Shown: positions 1 through 8,995 of the stretch, one piece after another
Numbering within the stretch: position 1 is the stretch's first letter
Layout: each line of letters opens with the position of its first letter
Virus record (IMG/VR): IMGVR_UViG_3300049436_000150
Location: 1-32,222 of that record
DNA from: a virus
Taxonomy: Duplodnaviria > Caudoviricetes
DNA length: 32,222 nucleotides
Direction: 5' to 3' (one strand)
Notes under the pieces: generated by a model
Database searches by the model: none
What the model was told of the DNA's origin: nothing
What the model saw: only the letters and a program-made list of their open reading frames with translations
Made by a program: the position numbers and the translations under genes

Positions 1-1506
1 TCAAGATGAAACTCTGCAACCGGCTCCAGCCTGCGGGCGAGCCAGATGCGCGTACTGGTTACCACACCGGAGCGCCGGCGACCGCCCCCTCTTTTCCGCT
101 TGAATTTGCAGGGTTTCCTGCATCTGCGAAGAACTCCGGTGTGGTATGCGTGAGTCTACCCCGTCATCGGAACGTCTGCAAGTGGCGCTTGAGTCTTTCA
201 GCGAAGCCAGATTCAAAACGTCTGCAAGGCTCGACGCCGCCGCGGCCTGCGCGAGTTTGTTCTCGTCGGCGCGGTTGTAATGCTTGAGCGTGGTGGTCAC
301 GTTCTTGTGCCCGAGCCGCTTCTGGGCGACCTTGGGGTCCACGCCTGCCAGGGCAAGCTGGGTGCCGACGAACCGGCGGAACAGGTGCCAGCAGCCGGAC
401 CGCCCGTGCTTGTCCTTGCGGTCGATGCCCGCATCCTCCATGTCGCGGTAGACGCACCGGTCGTTGGGCCGCTTGCCGAACACCAGGTCCCGCGGCTCGG
501 CCTTCTGCTCGTCGCGCCACGCGCGCAGCATCGCGGCCGTGTCGTCGTCCAGGCTGATCTCCCACTCCTTCTTGGTCTTGCTCCTGAACACCTTCACGAC
601 CGGGGTGTCGGCCTCGAGGTCGAAGTCCTTCCACCGGAGGATTTCGGACATCGCGATGGCGCAGCCGGTGATGGCCAGGAAGTGATAGAGGCGCCAGCGC
701 TTGGTGGGACGCTTGGGGTGCGGGCTCTCCTCGTCGGCGCGGGCAGCCGCGATGATGCGGCGCACCTCGTCGTCGTTGAACGCCCGCTGCTCCTTGTCGA
801 TGGTGGAGGGCTTCTGCAATCCGACGATCGGCGAGGCCTTGAGCCGCTCGGTCTGCACCGCCCAGTCGAAGAATGTCTCGATGCGGGTGGCGTAGACGCG
901 CAGGGTGTTGGGATGCACAGGTCGGCCCGCGTGGCTTTTGCCCTTCGGGCTCTTGATCTTGTTCGCCAGCTCCTTCGGCCAGCCCTTGTCACGCATCTGC
1001 GTGATGAACCCCGCGATGTCTTCGCGCGTGAGGCTGAACGGATCCGACTTCTGGCACCAGATCAGCACGCGCTCGATGAGCCGACCGCATTCTTCGGTGT
1101 ATTGAGCCGACCGGTTCATCGCCGCCTCGGTGCGGAACGCGGACAGGATCTCGGCCGGCGTTTGAACCGCCGGCGGCGGCGTGCGCGCGGGGGCGGCACT
1201 CTCCCGGGAACGCAGGGAGGTCGGTGGCATGGAATCAGTGTCGTGATCCTGGCCGCGTACCGCAAGGAAAAACCGAGCGACCGCGTCGGACTCGCCATCA
1301 ACCCGCACGCTCACCCCCGGCGCCTCGATTCGGCCGCGGGCCCGTCGCGCGTGCTCGGGGATCGGGAAGCGCGTGCACGCCTCCCAGTGTCCGGGCACGG
1401 TGTCCACGCCTGAAGTCACGGCGTCGAGCACGGAACGGTCGAGGCGGATGAGTTCGATGTTGTCAGAGCGAATGGGTAAGTCCCACGGATCGGTCGAATC
1501 GGTCAT
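1..1506 (-). CDS. int: Tyrosine recombinase/integrase (SAM-like core-binding domain plus catalytic domain); first catalytic Arg replaced by Ala
   Basis: Core-binding segment 'LTREDIAGFI...HPNTLRVYATRIETFFDWAV'; catalytic region 'FLAITGCAIAMSEILRWKDFDL', 'RSKTKK', 'HLFRR', 'LGHKN', 'TLKHY'. TGA stop at 1-3. Start codon uncertain because of a ~115-aa N-terminal extension. Confidence 0.92.
   Translation of the reverse strand: MTDSTDPWDLPIRSDNIELIRLDRSVLDAVTSGVDTVPGHWEACTRFPIPEHARRARGRIEAPGVSVRVDGESDAVARFFLAVRGQDHDTDSMPPTSLRSRESAAPARTPPPAVQTPAEILSAFRTEAAMNRSAQYTEECGRLIERVLIWCQKSDPFSLTREDIAGFITQMRDKGWPKELANKIKSPKGKSHAGRPVHPNTLRVYATRIETFFDWAVQTERLKASPIVGLQKPSTIDKEQRAFNDDEVRRIIAAARADEESPHPKRPTKRWRLYHFLAITGCAIAMSEILRWKDFDLEADTPVVKVFRSKTKKEWEISLDDDTAAMLRAWRDEQKAEPRDLVFGKRPNDRCVYRDMEDAGIDRKDKHGRSGCWHLFRRFVGTQLALAGVDPKVAQKRLGHKNVTTTLKHYNRADENKLAQAAAASSLADVLNLASLKDSSATCRRSDDGVDSRIPHRSSSQMQETLQIQAEKRGRSPALRCGNQYAHLARPQAGAGCRVSS
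60..146. repeat. Perfect 13-bp inverted repeat TACCACACCGGAG (60-72) / CTCCGGTGTGGTA (134-146) enclosing a TGCAGG-GTTT-CCTGCA hairpin (107-122)
   Basis: Read directly from the sequence; lies in the non-conserved 3' tail of int. Confidence 0.85.
171..228. repeat. 12-bp direct repeat AACGTCTGCAAG (171-182, 217-228), with a related ACTCTGCAAC at 11-20; candidate integrase arm-type sites
   Basis: Repeat seen directly. Arm-site role inferred from its position at the int 3' end. Confidence 0.6.
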
Positions 1507-1516
1507 GTTGGGCGAA

Positions 1517-1546
1517 AAGATACGGGATACGGTCGGGTCGATGCAA
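1517..1546 (-). promoter_or_regulatory. Candidate sigma70 promoter for int (TTGCAT-18-TATCTT) overlapped by tandem GATACGG x2 (1519-1532)
   Basis: Consensus-like hexamers ending 10 nt before the int ATG, which implies a very short leader. Confidence 0.45.
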
Positions 1547-1660
1547 GGCGAGGTACGGCATCTAGATGGGGGAATTCAACGGAAAATCAACGTCTCGACC
1601 CCCGCAATTAGGGAATTGTCAATCTGGCGAAGGGGCGGGCGGGGTTGGTAGGCTGGGGAC

Positions 1661-1996
1661 GTGGGCGATCAATCGAACAAGCTGACCGTTTCTCGCGGCG
1701 GGGCCGTGGTGTCGCTGCTCCTGGCGGCCATCGTCGGGGCCGGAGGCACCTTGGCGCTGCGCGGTGATCCGCCGCAAGCTCGCCCTGCCACGGCTCCGCC
1801 GGCGCCGCTGGTGGGTCGCTCGATAAGCGAGCCCGCGCGACCGCAGACGGCATCGACGGAGCCGGTGGTGTACATCACCAAGTCGGGGACGAAGTACCAT
1901 CGGGCCGGGTGCCAGTACGCCAGGACGGGCTGGCCCGCGAAGCTCTCGGAAGCTCGCGGACGGGGACTCACGCCTTGTTCGAGGTGTAAGCCATGA
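1661..1996 (+). CDS. Membrane-anchored protein with C-terminal Ada-like Zn-binding motif
   Basis: N-terminal TM helix, Pro-rich linker, then 'VYITKSGTKYHRAGC...LSEARGRGLTPCSRCKP'. GTG start 6 nt after TGG-TAGGCT (possibly leaderless). Confidence 0.75.
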   Translation: MGDQSNKLTVSRGGAVVSLLLAAIVGAGGTLALRGDPPQARPATAPPAPLVGRSISEPARPQTASTEPVVYITKSGTKYHRAGCQYARTGWPAKLSEARGRGLTPCSRCKP

Positions 1997-2412
1997 ATCC
2001 ACTCCCGCGGCTTGAAGCGAGGACGTTTCTGCTCGTGCGGGCGGTCTGCTGGGATCCACACCTCGACCAAGCGCATCTCGGCGGGGTGCAACATTCGATC
2101 CGGATCAATCCCGAGACCCGGACCAACGATCGCTCCGAGGTTTGCGTCGAGTTCAACCGGACGCCAGTGAATGGCGATGTGCTCGAAGTGCGTGTGGTCC
2201 GAACCGACGAGGGGCGACGGGTGGTTCACTCATTCGGTGGTGTTGTGGACACCCGACTTCACGAGTTCGGACACTGGCTCTTCTTCACGTTCCCCTCGCT
2301 TTCACCAGAAATGTGGGAGGTGGGGCATGTGTACGCGATAGAGTTATGGACAAACGACCACCGGATGGCGGTGCGTGAACTGCCGTGTGTTCCCATCGAG
2401 GATTCGTTCTAA
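1993..2412 (+). CDS. Hypothetical protein (139 aa, beta-rich)
   Basis: ATGA overlap with the upstream gene and TAATG overlap with the downstream gene; protein-like composition. Confidence 0.7.
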   Translation: MNPLPRLEARTFLLVRAVCWDPHLDQAHLGGVQHSIRINPETRTNDRSEVCVEFNRTPVNGDVLEVRVVRTDEGRRVVHSFGGVVDTRLHEFGHWLFFTFPSLSPEMWEVGHVYAIELWTNDHRMAVRELPCVPIEDSF

Positions 2413-2702
2413 TGAAGAAGCGAAACGGCAAAGGCAAGCGCTCGGCTGAAGCCAAGCCCGGCGACACGATCATGGTGCCCTTTACCCTGCCATCCACCGG
2501 GCTGATGAACGTGCGGTCCTTCGGAGGTCCACACCCAGCCGTGAAGACCCGCATAAAGCGCCGGTGGAAGCCGGGCGAACTGGCGATGGGCTTGCGCGAC
2601 GGTTTCCTGCTCGACGAGGCCGCGGTGAAGCGGACGAAGCGTGCGCGCACCAAAGCTCGCCGCAAACCAGTCCGCCCCAAGAGCAAGGGGGCTCGTTCAT
2701 GA
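2412..2702 (+). CDS. Small highly basic hypothetical protein (96 aa, MKKRNGKGKR...)
   Basis: Coupled start (TAATG) and stop (ATGA); Lys/Arg-rich. Confidence 0.6.
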   Translation: MKKRNGKGKRSAEAKPGDTIMVPFTLPSTGLMNVRSFGGPHPAVKTRIKRRWKPGELAMGLRDGFLLDEAAVKRTKRARTKARRKPVRPKSKGARS

Positions 2703-2980
2703 TCCGCCGCCTCTTCCTCGGCCTTGGCGCTGCTCTCCTCATGGGAGGCATAGCCACTATGTGGTACGTGCACGCGGAGAGCCAAGTGATTGGGCGCGAC
2801 GAGGACAGGCTCGATGCGTGGATCCTCGGTGTCACCGGCAACCATTTCCAAATGCCCATCCACCGCTCCTTGTTTCTCTGGGGTGGGCTCGCCTCTACGG
2901 CTGGCGCCGGTCTTCTCGGGCTTGCGGCACCGACCCGAACTTTGTCGCGACCGACCTCCGTCCCTGCAAGTCCTGCGTAA
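2699..2980 (+). CDS. Small two-TM membrane protein (93 aa, MIRRLFLGLGAALL...)
   Basis: ATGA coupling and two hydrophobic segments. Overlaps the 3' end of the convergent LPD38 gene by 86 nt. Confidence 0.6.
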   Translation: MIRRLFLGLGAALLMGGIATMWYVHAESQVIGRDEDRLDAWILGVTGNHFQMPIHRSLFLWGGLASTAGAGLLGLAAPTRTLSRPTSVPASPA

Positions 2981-5900
2981 GGGAGATGCTGGCGATTTCG
3001 TTGATGACGCGACGAGCATCGGCCTCACCAACTTCACCGGACTCCACTCCCCGACGGAACTCCGCGATTTCGATGGCCGCCTCATGCAGGACTTGATACC
3101 TCTCAAGGTCTGCATCTGTCGCCGTTCGACTACCTGCTCGCTGCCTCGCATCCGTCAGAGCCTCGTAGAACCGCTCGACCGTGGCACCGCGGCCGAGCGG
3201 ATCGCGGCTGAACAGGCGGCCCACGACCGGAAGGTCCGCGGCCTTGTCGCCGGCCGCCAGCTTCCGCACGCCCGTCCATGACTCGATCCACCTCGCGGCA
3301 TCCACGCCGGCTCCGCCGGTGTACCCGCTGATCACGTGCTCGACCTTGCGAGGACTGACATTCAGCCACTCACCGATCCGCTTGGCGGTCTCGGTGGTGT
3401 ACGCGCCGAACTGCTCGGCCGGCGGCCGACTCTCCTGCTCATGCTGGGGCACGATCTGCCGGCGGCTGAACGCGTCGTAGTTCCCCACGACCTCGACCGA
3501 CGGCTTGATCACGGCCGGCACCAGGTCGTACACGCTGTCGACGGGCATGAGGCCCACGAGGGTGTCGAACACCGCCTCGCTCACCGCCCGCGGGTCCTTG
3601 CGGTACATCGAATCGAGCGCCATTTCCGGGAGCGTGCCGAACACCATGCCCAGCTCGAAGGGCTTGGGCATCTTCACGATGCGCTTGCCGCCGTCGAAGC
3701 TGAAGTTCCAGTACCGCTCGCGCTGCCAGGTCGGGAGCTCCTGGTACCACTCGTCGTCCTTGTGCATGTACCAGATCAGCAGGCTGGGGATCGTGACGCC
3801 CACAAACGCCCGAGCGGTCATGCGAACCGGGTGCTGCACGCCTTCGCGGACCATGCGGCTGGTGCCCTGCACCGCGGCGTTGAAGAACGGGATCGCCTGA
3901 TTGATCGCCTGCGTGAGCGTGCCCGCCCGGGTGAAATCGACGGTCGCCTCCTTGCTCGCGATCATCGCCTCGATCGCGGCCGACTGCTTGTCGCCGGTGC
4001 GGGCCAGCTCTCGCTCGTAGACGCGGGTGAACTCCACGATGCGCGGCGAGCCCTCGAACGCGCCCAGCGCATCCCGGATGCTGTCGATCGGATGCCGGGC
4101 GGTGCGGATCGCCTTTTCGCCGCGACCCGTGGCCAGGCCCTCCTGCACCCGCCGGCCCGCCGCGGCGCGGTCTTGACCCATGATCGTGGTCATCTTGCCG
4201 CCCAGGGCCTCCCATCGCTGGGCGCCGGGGTCCTTTCGGAGCTCCTGCCAAAGGCCGCGCATCTGCATGGCCATCGGGCCCACTGCCGGCAGCTTCTCGA
4301 GCCCACGCCGTTCGCCCCTGCGGAAGATGTTCCAGGTCATGGCATCGCGGAGCGGATTGCTGACCAGGCTGAAGGCTGGATTGAGGCCGGTCGCGCCCAG
4401 CTGGACGAGCCGCTTGGGAGGCCCCACGATCGCGGTGAACCAGGAAGGCAGCACCTCCTTGTCCATCTCGGTGACCACCCGGTAGATCTCCGGGTCGAGC
4501 TGCCAGAACTCGCGCTCGCCGTTCCGCCAGATCGAGACGATCGGCTCCTTGCCCGTGAACGCCGGGGCGTTGCTGTACACCGTCGCGATCTGGTCGAGGT
4601 CCGCGTTGGTCAGGTCCGCGCCCGCCGCGTGCAGATCGGCCCGGAGCTGCTCGAGCGTGAACGTGGTCGCCCTCTTGGGTGTCGGCACCCTCTCGGCGAA
4701 CCACGCCTGCTTGGGGTACTTCGCCGCCAGATCGACCAAGGCCCGGCCGACGCGGGCCTTGTTGGCGATCGCGATCATCTGCTCGGTCTGCATCGCGATG
4801 GACTCGACCGGATCGACGATGGGTCGCCCGCTGCCCTTGATGCGCTTGGTGGCGGTGCCGGTGTTCACCTGGCCCCGGCCCGTGCCAAGCCCCTTCGGGC
4901 CCGCGATGTCCTCCTGCGTGAACAGCCGCTTGAACGGCACGTAGATCGGGTTGGCGATCCGCATCGCGTCGGCCGCCTCTCGGCTGAGTCCGCCGGCCTC
5001 GACCACGTAGTCCATCACGTGGTTGGCGTACTCGGTCACATCGTCGAGCGCCTTGCGAAACGTCGGCGTCTCGAGCTGCTGCACGGTGGAGCGGGCATCC
5101 TCGAGCGAGATCCCCGGGTTGATCCCGCGTTCGTGCAGATCGATGGCACGGCGCGCGACCGCGTACGACTCCCAGTCCGCCAGGTTCTTGCGCACCGGCC
5201 GAAGGGCATCGACCAGCGAACCGCCCGTGCGATCGCCGGCCAGATTGGTGGTGTAGTTCTCGATGAAGTGCCGGGCGGTGCCGGGTGCGGAGGATTTCAC
5301 GGCCTGGCGCAGCTTGCTGGGGCTCTCTTTGGCAAGCAGCGTGCCCGGCTGCACCCCCGCCTTGGCGAGGAGCCGACCCTCGGCGCGCTCGAGCGGGGCC
5401 GCGTCGTTGGTCAGATAGCGGGCCAGGCGATCGATGGCGACGGTGGGCCGGACGTCCTGAACCGCTCGCTTGGCCAGACCGAGCAGACCCTTGGGCCGCT
5501 GATCGATCTGCGCGGCCACGCGCCCGGGAGCGCCCTGAATGTCCCATCGCCGGTACTGATCGGCGAGCGTGCCCCATTGCTCTGCGAACTTGGGGTTCTT
5601 GCCGAGGATCTGGGTATCGAACCACTGCTGAGTCAGCGGTGCGGACTTGCTCATGTCCTCACCGAGCAGACGCCGCGCGACGAACTCCGCCACCCCTTCG
5701 CGCCCGTACCCCCCGTTGGGCTTCCGGTTGCCGTAGAGCTGGCGGCCGAGGTCGATCAGCTCCCGCCGCACGGCCGGACCGCCGAAGTTATTCCAGCCGA
5801 TCGTGTGATCGTGGAGCGCGTGGCCGAACTCGTGAGCCGCGACGTTGAGCTCGTCGAAGCGGCGATTGCGGATGACGTACCTTCCGGGATCGAACCAGCC

Positions 5901-7997
5901 GGCCGCCTTGTGCCGCGCGAAGTCGCCGTGTCCAAAGCGGATCGGCACACCCGTCATGCTCCGCATCTGGTCGTGGATGTCCTGGATGCGAACCTGGGCC
6001 TTGGCCTCGCCGGTCATCGTCTTGGGCTGGGCCAGCTTCCAGCTGGTTCCCAGCGGTGCCCGCGAGCCGGCGCGAGGACTGAACAGCGGGCCCGTCTCTC
6101 GGTCAAGGTCGCTCTCTCGGGTCCGTTCCCGCTGCGCGGCCTCGGCCTCGCGAGCGGCCTCTGAGGCGATGTCCGGCCTGGTCTCGAACAGCGCGCGCTG
6201 GGTGCCCGTGATCGGCTCGGAAGCCTGACCATAAAGCCCGCGACCTCCGCTGAGCGCCGAGGGCTTCTCGAGCGATCCCTTGTCGACGGGAATCGGGGGC
6301 ATGTTCTCGGCCCGAACCTCGGGATACTGGCCGTGGTCGATGATGACCTTGTAGCCGTCGCCGGAAGACTCCACACGGAACTTCGTGCCATCGATCTCGA
6401 ACCGCGTACCGACCGGGAGCGTGTCGGGCTTGACGCTCTGGAACTTGGCGTCAATGCCGGCGTTGGTGCGCGGCAGGTTGTCGTGCAGCGTGGCGAGGAA
6501 CGCGAGCTCGGGATCGATCTGGTTGGCGGTAAAAAACTCCTTGGCCGCTCGGACCCGCTCCGCTCCGTACTTGGACCCGGCGGACTCCAGCGCGTACTGC
6601 TCGTACTTGTCCCAGCCCATCTGGTAGGCGAGGTCTTCGGCGCCGGCACGGGAACCCCGCGCGTTCTTCTCGAGGCGGAACAGGCGTTTGAGCTCGGGGT
6701 GACGCGTCATCATCTCGCGGGCCTCACCCGGATACGTGTCGCCGGGCCAGACAAAGTGGCCGCCCATGGACCCCATCTCGTCGCTGACCTCGATGTCGGG
6801 GGCAATGGACTGGTGCGCCTCGACAAGCCGGGCTTCGATGTCGGCCCGCTTGTACTCACCTTCCCGACTCCGCCGCGGCTTGGCCACCGGCGGCTTCGGC
6901 TTTGGAACATCCGTCGGCGCTGGCGGCTCGGTGGGCTCCGGTACCGGCTCGGCACGGGGAGGCTCGGGCCACTGCGGCGGGAGATCCAGGGACTCACCGG
7001 GCCCGCTTCGGAGTTGGCTCAGCTGGTCCTGCTCGGCGATCAGATCACGGGCAGTCTGCCCCTGATCGCGGCCACGCGCGTAAGCGGCTTGGTAGTCCTG
7101 GGCCGAGCGGAGCCCCGCCTCGCTTCGCACCGCCGCCCGATCAGCCGGAAGGGCCATGCCCGCGCGAACCGCCCGACCCGCGGCCGGGAGGGCCAACCCG
7201 ATGGCGCCTTGCTCGCCCAGACGTCCGGGCGTGAGCGGGACGGCCTCTCCCCCTCCGGCCCGGATGGCCAGTTCTCCGCCGACATCCGCGAGCACGTTGC
7301 CGCCGGCACCGAGCGCCATGTCGGTCACGACGCCGCGTACGCCGGGTGCCGTAGAGAGTCGGCCCAGTGCGCCGGCGACCGGGACCATGCCCAGCGAGGC
7401 GTTGATGGCGCCAGCACCGAGCGCAGCACCCAAGCTTGCTCCGCGATCCTGTGCGGCGCTGATGCCCTGCGTGCCCAGCATGGCCGCTGGCGCCACCGGA
7501 GCGACGGCGCCCGCCGCGATCAGCGGGGCCACACCGCCCACCAGCCTCGAGGTGTACTGCGCGGCGTTGCGAAGTCCGGATGCATCCTCCGGGGCGTAGC
7601 TCGGGGTGAAGCGACCGAGCCCGGGCCCGACGACATCTTCCATGCCGAGCGCCTGCGTCACGCTGCCCGCGGCCGCGGCGAGTCCCTCGCCCACGATCGA
7701 GCGTGTACCTGGTTGGAGTCCGGCCGCCAGAGCCTCGGGCGTGGCGCCCAGGTTCGGACCCATGCGGGCGAGCGTCTCCTGCTCGCGGCGCTCGTTGAAG
7801 AGCGGCGACGGCGCTCCGCCCGGGTGGAGCGTGCCCGCGGGCATCATCGGACCGCCCCACGGGCTCTGCCCCGCGTCGAGCTGCTGCACGATCGTGGGGC
7901 GCGGTGGACCCTGCGGCGCCTGCAGCTGTTGCCGCGCACGTGCCTGCGCCTGCGCGATCCGGATCCGCAGTTGCAAACGGCTATCGATCTGGCTCAT
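2895..7997 (-). CDS. Large polyvalent ejection/internal virion protein (1700 aa) with zincin HExxH metallopeptidase-like domain and C-terminal LPD38 domain
   Basis: Gly/Ala hydrophobic N-terminal region; 'AAHEFGHALHD' (HEFGH at 5820-5834) with a downstream 'REGVAEF'; LPD38-type C-terminus 'DDEWYQELPTWQRERYW...KMPKPFELG...KPSVEVVGNYDAFSRRQIVP'. Confidence 0.85.
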   Translation of the reverse strand: MSQIDSRLQLRIRIAQAQARARQQLQAPQGPPRPTIVQQLDAGQSPWGGPMMPAGTLHPGGAPSPLFNERREQETLARMGPNLGATPEALAAGLQPGTRSIVGEGLAAAAGSVTQALGMEDVVGPGLGRFTPSYAPEDASGLRNAAQYTSRLVGGVAPLIAAGAVAPVAPAAMLGTQGISAAQDRGASLGAALGAGAINASLGMVPVAGALGRLSTAPGVRGVVTDMALGAGGNVLADVGGELAIRAGGGEAVPLTPGRLGEQGAIGLALPAAGRAVRAGMALPADRAAVRSEAGLRSAQDYQAAYARGRDQGQTARDLIAEQDQLSQLRSGPGESLDLPPQWPEPPRAEPVPEPTEPPAPTDVPKPKPPVAKPRRSREGEYKRADIEARLVEAHQSIAPDIEVSDEMGSMGGHFVWPGDTYPGEAREMMTRHPELKRLFRLEKNARGSRAGAEDLAYQMGWDKYEQYALESAGSKYGAERVRAAKEFFTANQIDPELAFLATLHDNLPRTNAGIDAKFQSVKPDTLPVGTRFEIDGTKFRVESSGDGYKVIIDHGQYPEVRAENMPPIPVDKGSLEKPSALSGGRGLYGQASEPITGTQRALFETRPDIASEAAREAEAAQRERTRESDLDRETGPLFSPRAGSRAPLGTSWKLAQPKTMTGEAKAQVRIQDIHDQMRSMTGVPIRFGHGDFARHKAAGWFDPGRYVIRNRRFDELNVAAHEFGHALHDHTIGWNNFGGPAVRRELIDLGRQLYGNRKPNGGYGREGVAEFVARRLLGEDMSKSAPLTQQWFDTQILGKNPKFAEQWGTLADQYRRWDIQGAPGRVAAQIDQRPKGLLGLAKRAVQDVRPTVAIDRLARYLTNDAAPLERAEGRLLAKAGVQPGTLLAKESPSKLRQAVKSSAPGTARHFIENYTTNLAGDRTGGSLVDALRPVRKNLADWESYAVARRAIDLHERGINPGISLEDARSTVQQLETPTFRKALDDVTEYANHVMDYVVEAGGLSREAADAMRIANPIYVPFKRLFTQEDIAGPKGLGTGRGQVNTGTATKRIKGSGRPIVDPVESIAMQTEQMIAIANKARVGRALVDLAAKYPKQAWFAERVPTPKRATTFTLEQLRADLHAAGADLTNADLDQIATVYSNAPAFTGKEPIVSIWRNGEREFWQLDPEIYRVVTEMDKEVLPSWFTAIVGPPKRLVQLGATGLNPAFSLVSNPLRDAMTWNIFRRGERRGLEKLPAVGPMAMQMRGLWQELRKDPGAQRWEALGGKMTTIMGQDRAAAGRRVQEGLATGRGEKAIRTARHPIDSIRDALGAFEGSPRIVEFTRVYERELARTGDKQSAAIEAMIASKEATVDFTRAGTLTQAINQAIPFFNAAVQGTSRMVREGVQHPVRMTARAFVGVTIPSLLIWYMHKDDEWYQELPTWQRERYWNFSFDGGKRIVKMPKPFELGMVFGTLPEMALDSMYRKDPRAVSEAVFDTLVGLMPVDSVYDLVPAVIKPSVEVVGNYDAFSRRQIVPQHEQESRPPAEQFGAYTTETAKRIGEWLNVSPRKVEHVISGYTGGAGVDAARWIESWTGVRKLAAGDKAADLPVVGRLFSRDPLGRGATVERFYEALTDARQRAGSRTATDADLERYQVLHEAAIEIAEFRRGVESGEVGEADARRVINEIASISLTQDLQGRRSVATKFGSVPQAREDRRQP

Positions 7998-8070
7998 GTG
8001 CTACCCCGGTCCCCACGGCATGACTTTACGGCTATCCTTGCTCGATCGTGGGGACGATCGGGGTCGGGGC
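7998..8070. promoter_or_regulatory. Divergent promoter region with back-to-back -10-like boxes (TAAAGT on -, 8023-8028; TATCCT on +, 8033-8038) and inverted GTCCCCACG (8009-8017) / CGTGGGGAC (8047-8055)
   Basis: 73-bp gap between divergent starts; motifs read directly. Confidence 0.6.
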
Positions 8071-8568
8071 ATGTCAGCAACACTCAACGTGTTCATGGCC
8101 GCGGAGCTGCTCCGTGACGGCGAGCCCGTCAGCGAGTTCACGCCCTACGGATCCACACGCAACCCCATCGAGCCCGCCGCCGTCGACGGATACCGCGTCC
8201 GCGCCGTCACCCACCGCCTGGCCCCGGGTCAGTCCATCCAGATCTACGACCGCACCACCCACGGCGCCTTCGTGTTCCGGGCCCTCCGCGCCAAGGGCGG
8301 CGAGGCCGATGTCTCGTGGAAGGTGGACAAGCCCACCAGCTCGAGCAACGACACCGCTCTGGGCACCCACATCAACCACCCCAAGAAGCGGCTGTCCTGC
8401 TTCGCGTGGGAGACCTTCACCACCGACGATGCCCGCGTGCACGCCAACCAGGCGACCTACGCCGGCTCGCCCTTCCCGACCCTCGAGGACGGGCTGATCT
8501 ACGGGATGTGGGTGAAGAACTTCAGCAACACCGTCACCATCGAGGTGACCGAGATCGGCACCGATTGA
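8071..8568 (+). CDS. Hypothetical protein (165 aa, MSATLNVF...), possibly virion-associated
   Basis: High GC3 from ATG 8071. The upstream part of ORF 7606..8568 is a shadow of the LPD38 gene. Confidence 0.8.
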   Translation: MSATLNVFMAAELLRDGEPVSEFTPYGSTRNPIEPAAVDGYRVRAVTHRLAPGQSIQIYDRTTHGAFVFRALRAKGGEADVSWKVDKPTSSSNDTALGTHINHPKKRLSCFAWETFTTDDARVHANQATYAGSPFPTLEDGLIYGMWVKNFSNTVTIEVTEIGTD

Positions 8569-8593
8569 CCCTCTTCAACCTGGGAAACTGACC

Positions 8594-8995
8594 ATGGCCG
8601 GACCCAAAGACGTGCTGGAGCGCAGCAAGGCCGCGATCGCGGTGGACGATGAGCCCATCGGCGACCCGACCTACGACGACGCCTACGACCGCCTGCTCGA
8701 GATCGTCCAGAGGTTCACCGACGAGAACGACGGGCTGGCCTGTCCGCTCGGGCATCTCGAGTCGATCTGGCGGATGGATGCGCGGTTCAAGGGCCGTCCG
8801 TTCATGGAACGCCTGACCGACCTGTACAACTTCGAGGCGATCGAGAGCAACGCCGGCGGGCAGCACTACCGCATCACGCCCAAGGGCGAGAAGATGCGGG
8901 AGACGTACGCCAAGACCAAGGCCCGCGAGAGCGCCAAGAACAAGGCCGCTCAGACCTCGGGCGCGGGCGGCGGCGGACAGACCAGGAACGACTGA
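8594..8995 (+). CDS. Putative winged-helix DNA-binding protein
   Basis: Helical body ending in a wing-like 'AIESNAGGQHYRITPKGEKM' (YxITxKG) motif. Confidence 0.5.
   Translation: MAGPKDVLERSKAAIAVDDEPIGDPTYDDAYDRLLEIVQRFTDENDGLACPLGHLESIWRMDARFKGRPFMERLTDLYNFEAIESNAGGQHYRITPKGEKMRETYAKTKARESAKNKAAQTSGAGGGGQTRND

Noticed and set aside
1-170. tRNA, tmRNA or SRP RNA remnant as att core
   Set aside because: Hairpins are present but there is no T-loop, CCA end or recognisable SRP/tmRNA motif.
3336-6164. 942-aa + strand ORF (also 6333..8117 and 3439..5625)
   Set aside because: Antisense or off-frame shadows of the LPD38 gene; Arg/Gly/Leu-biased translations typical of high-GC DNA.
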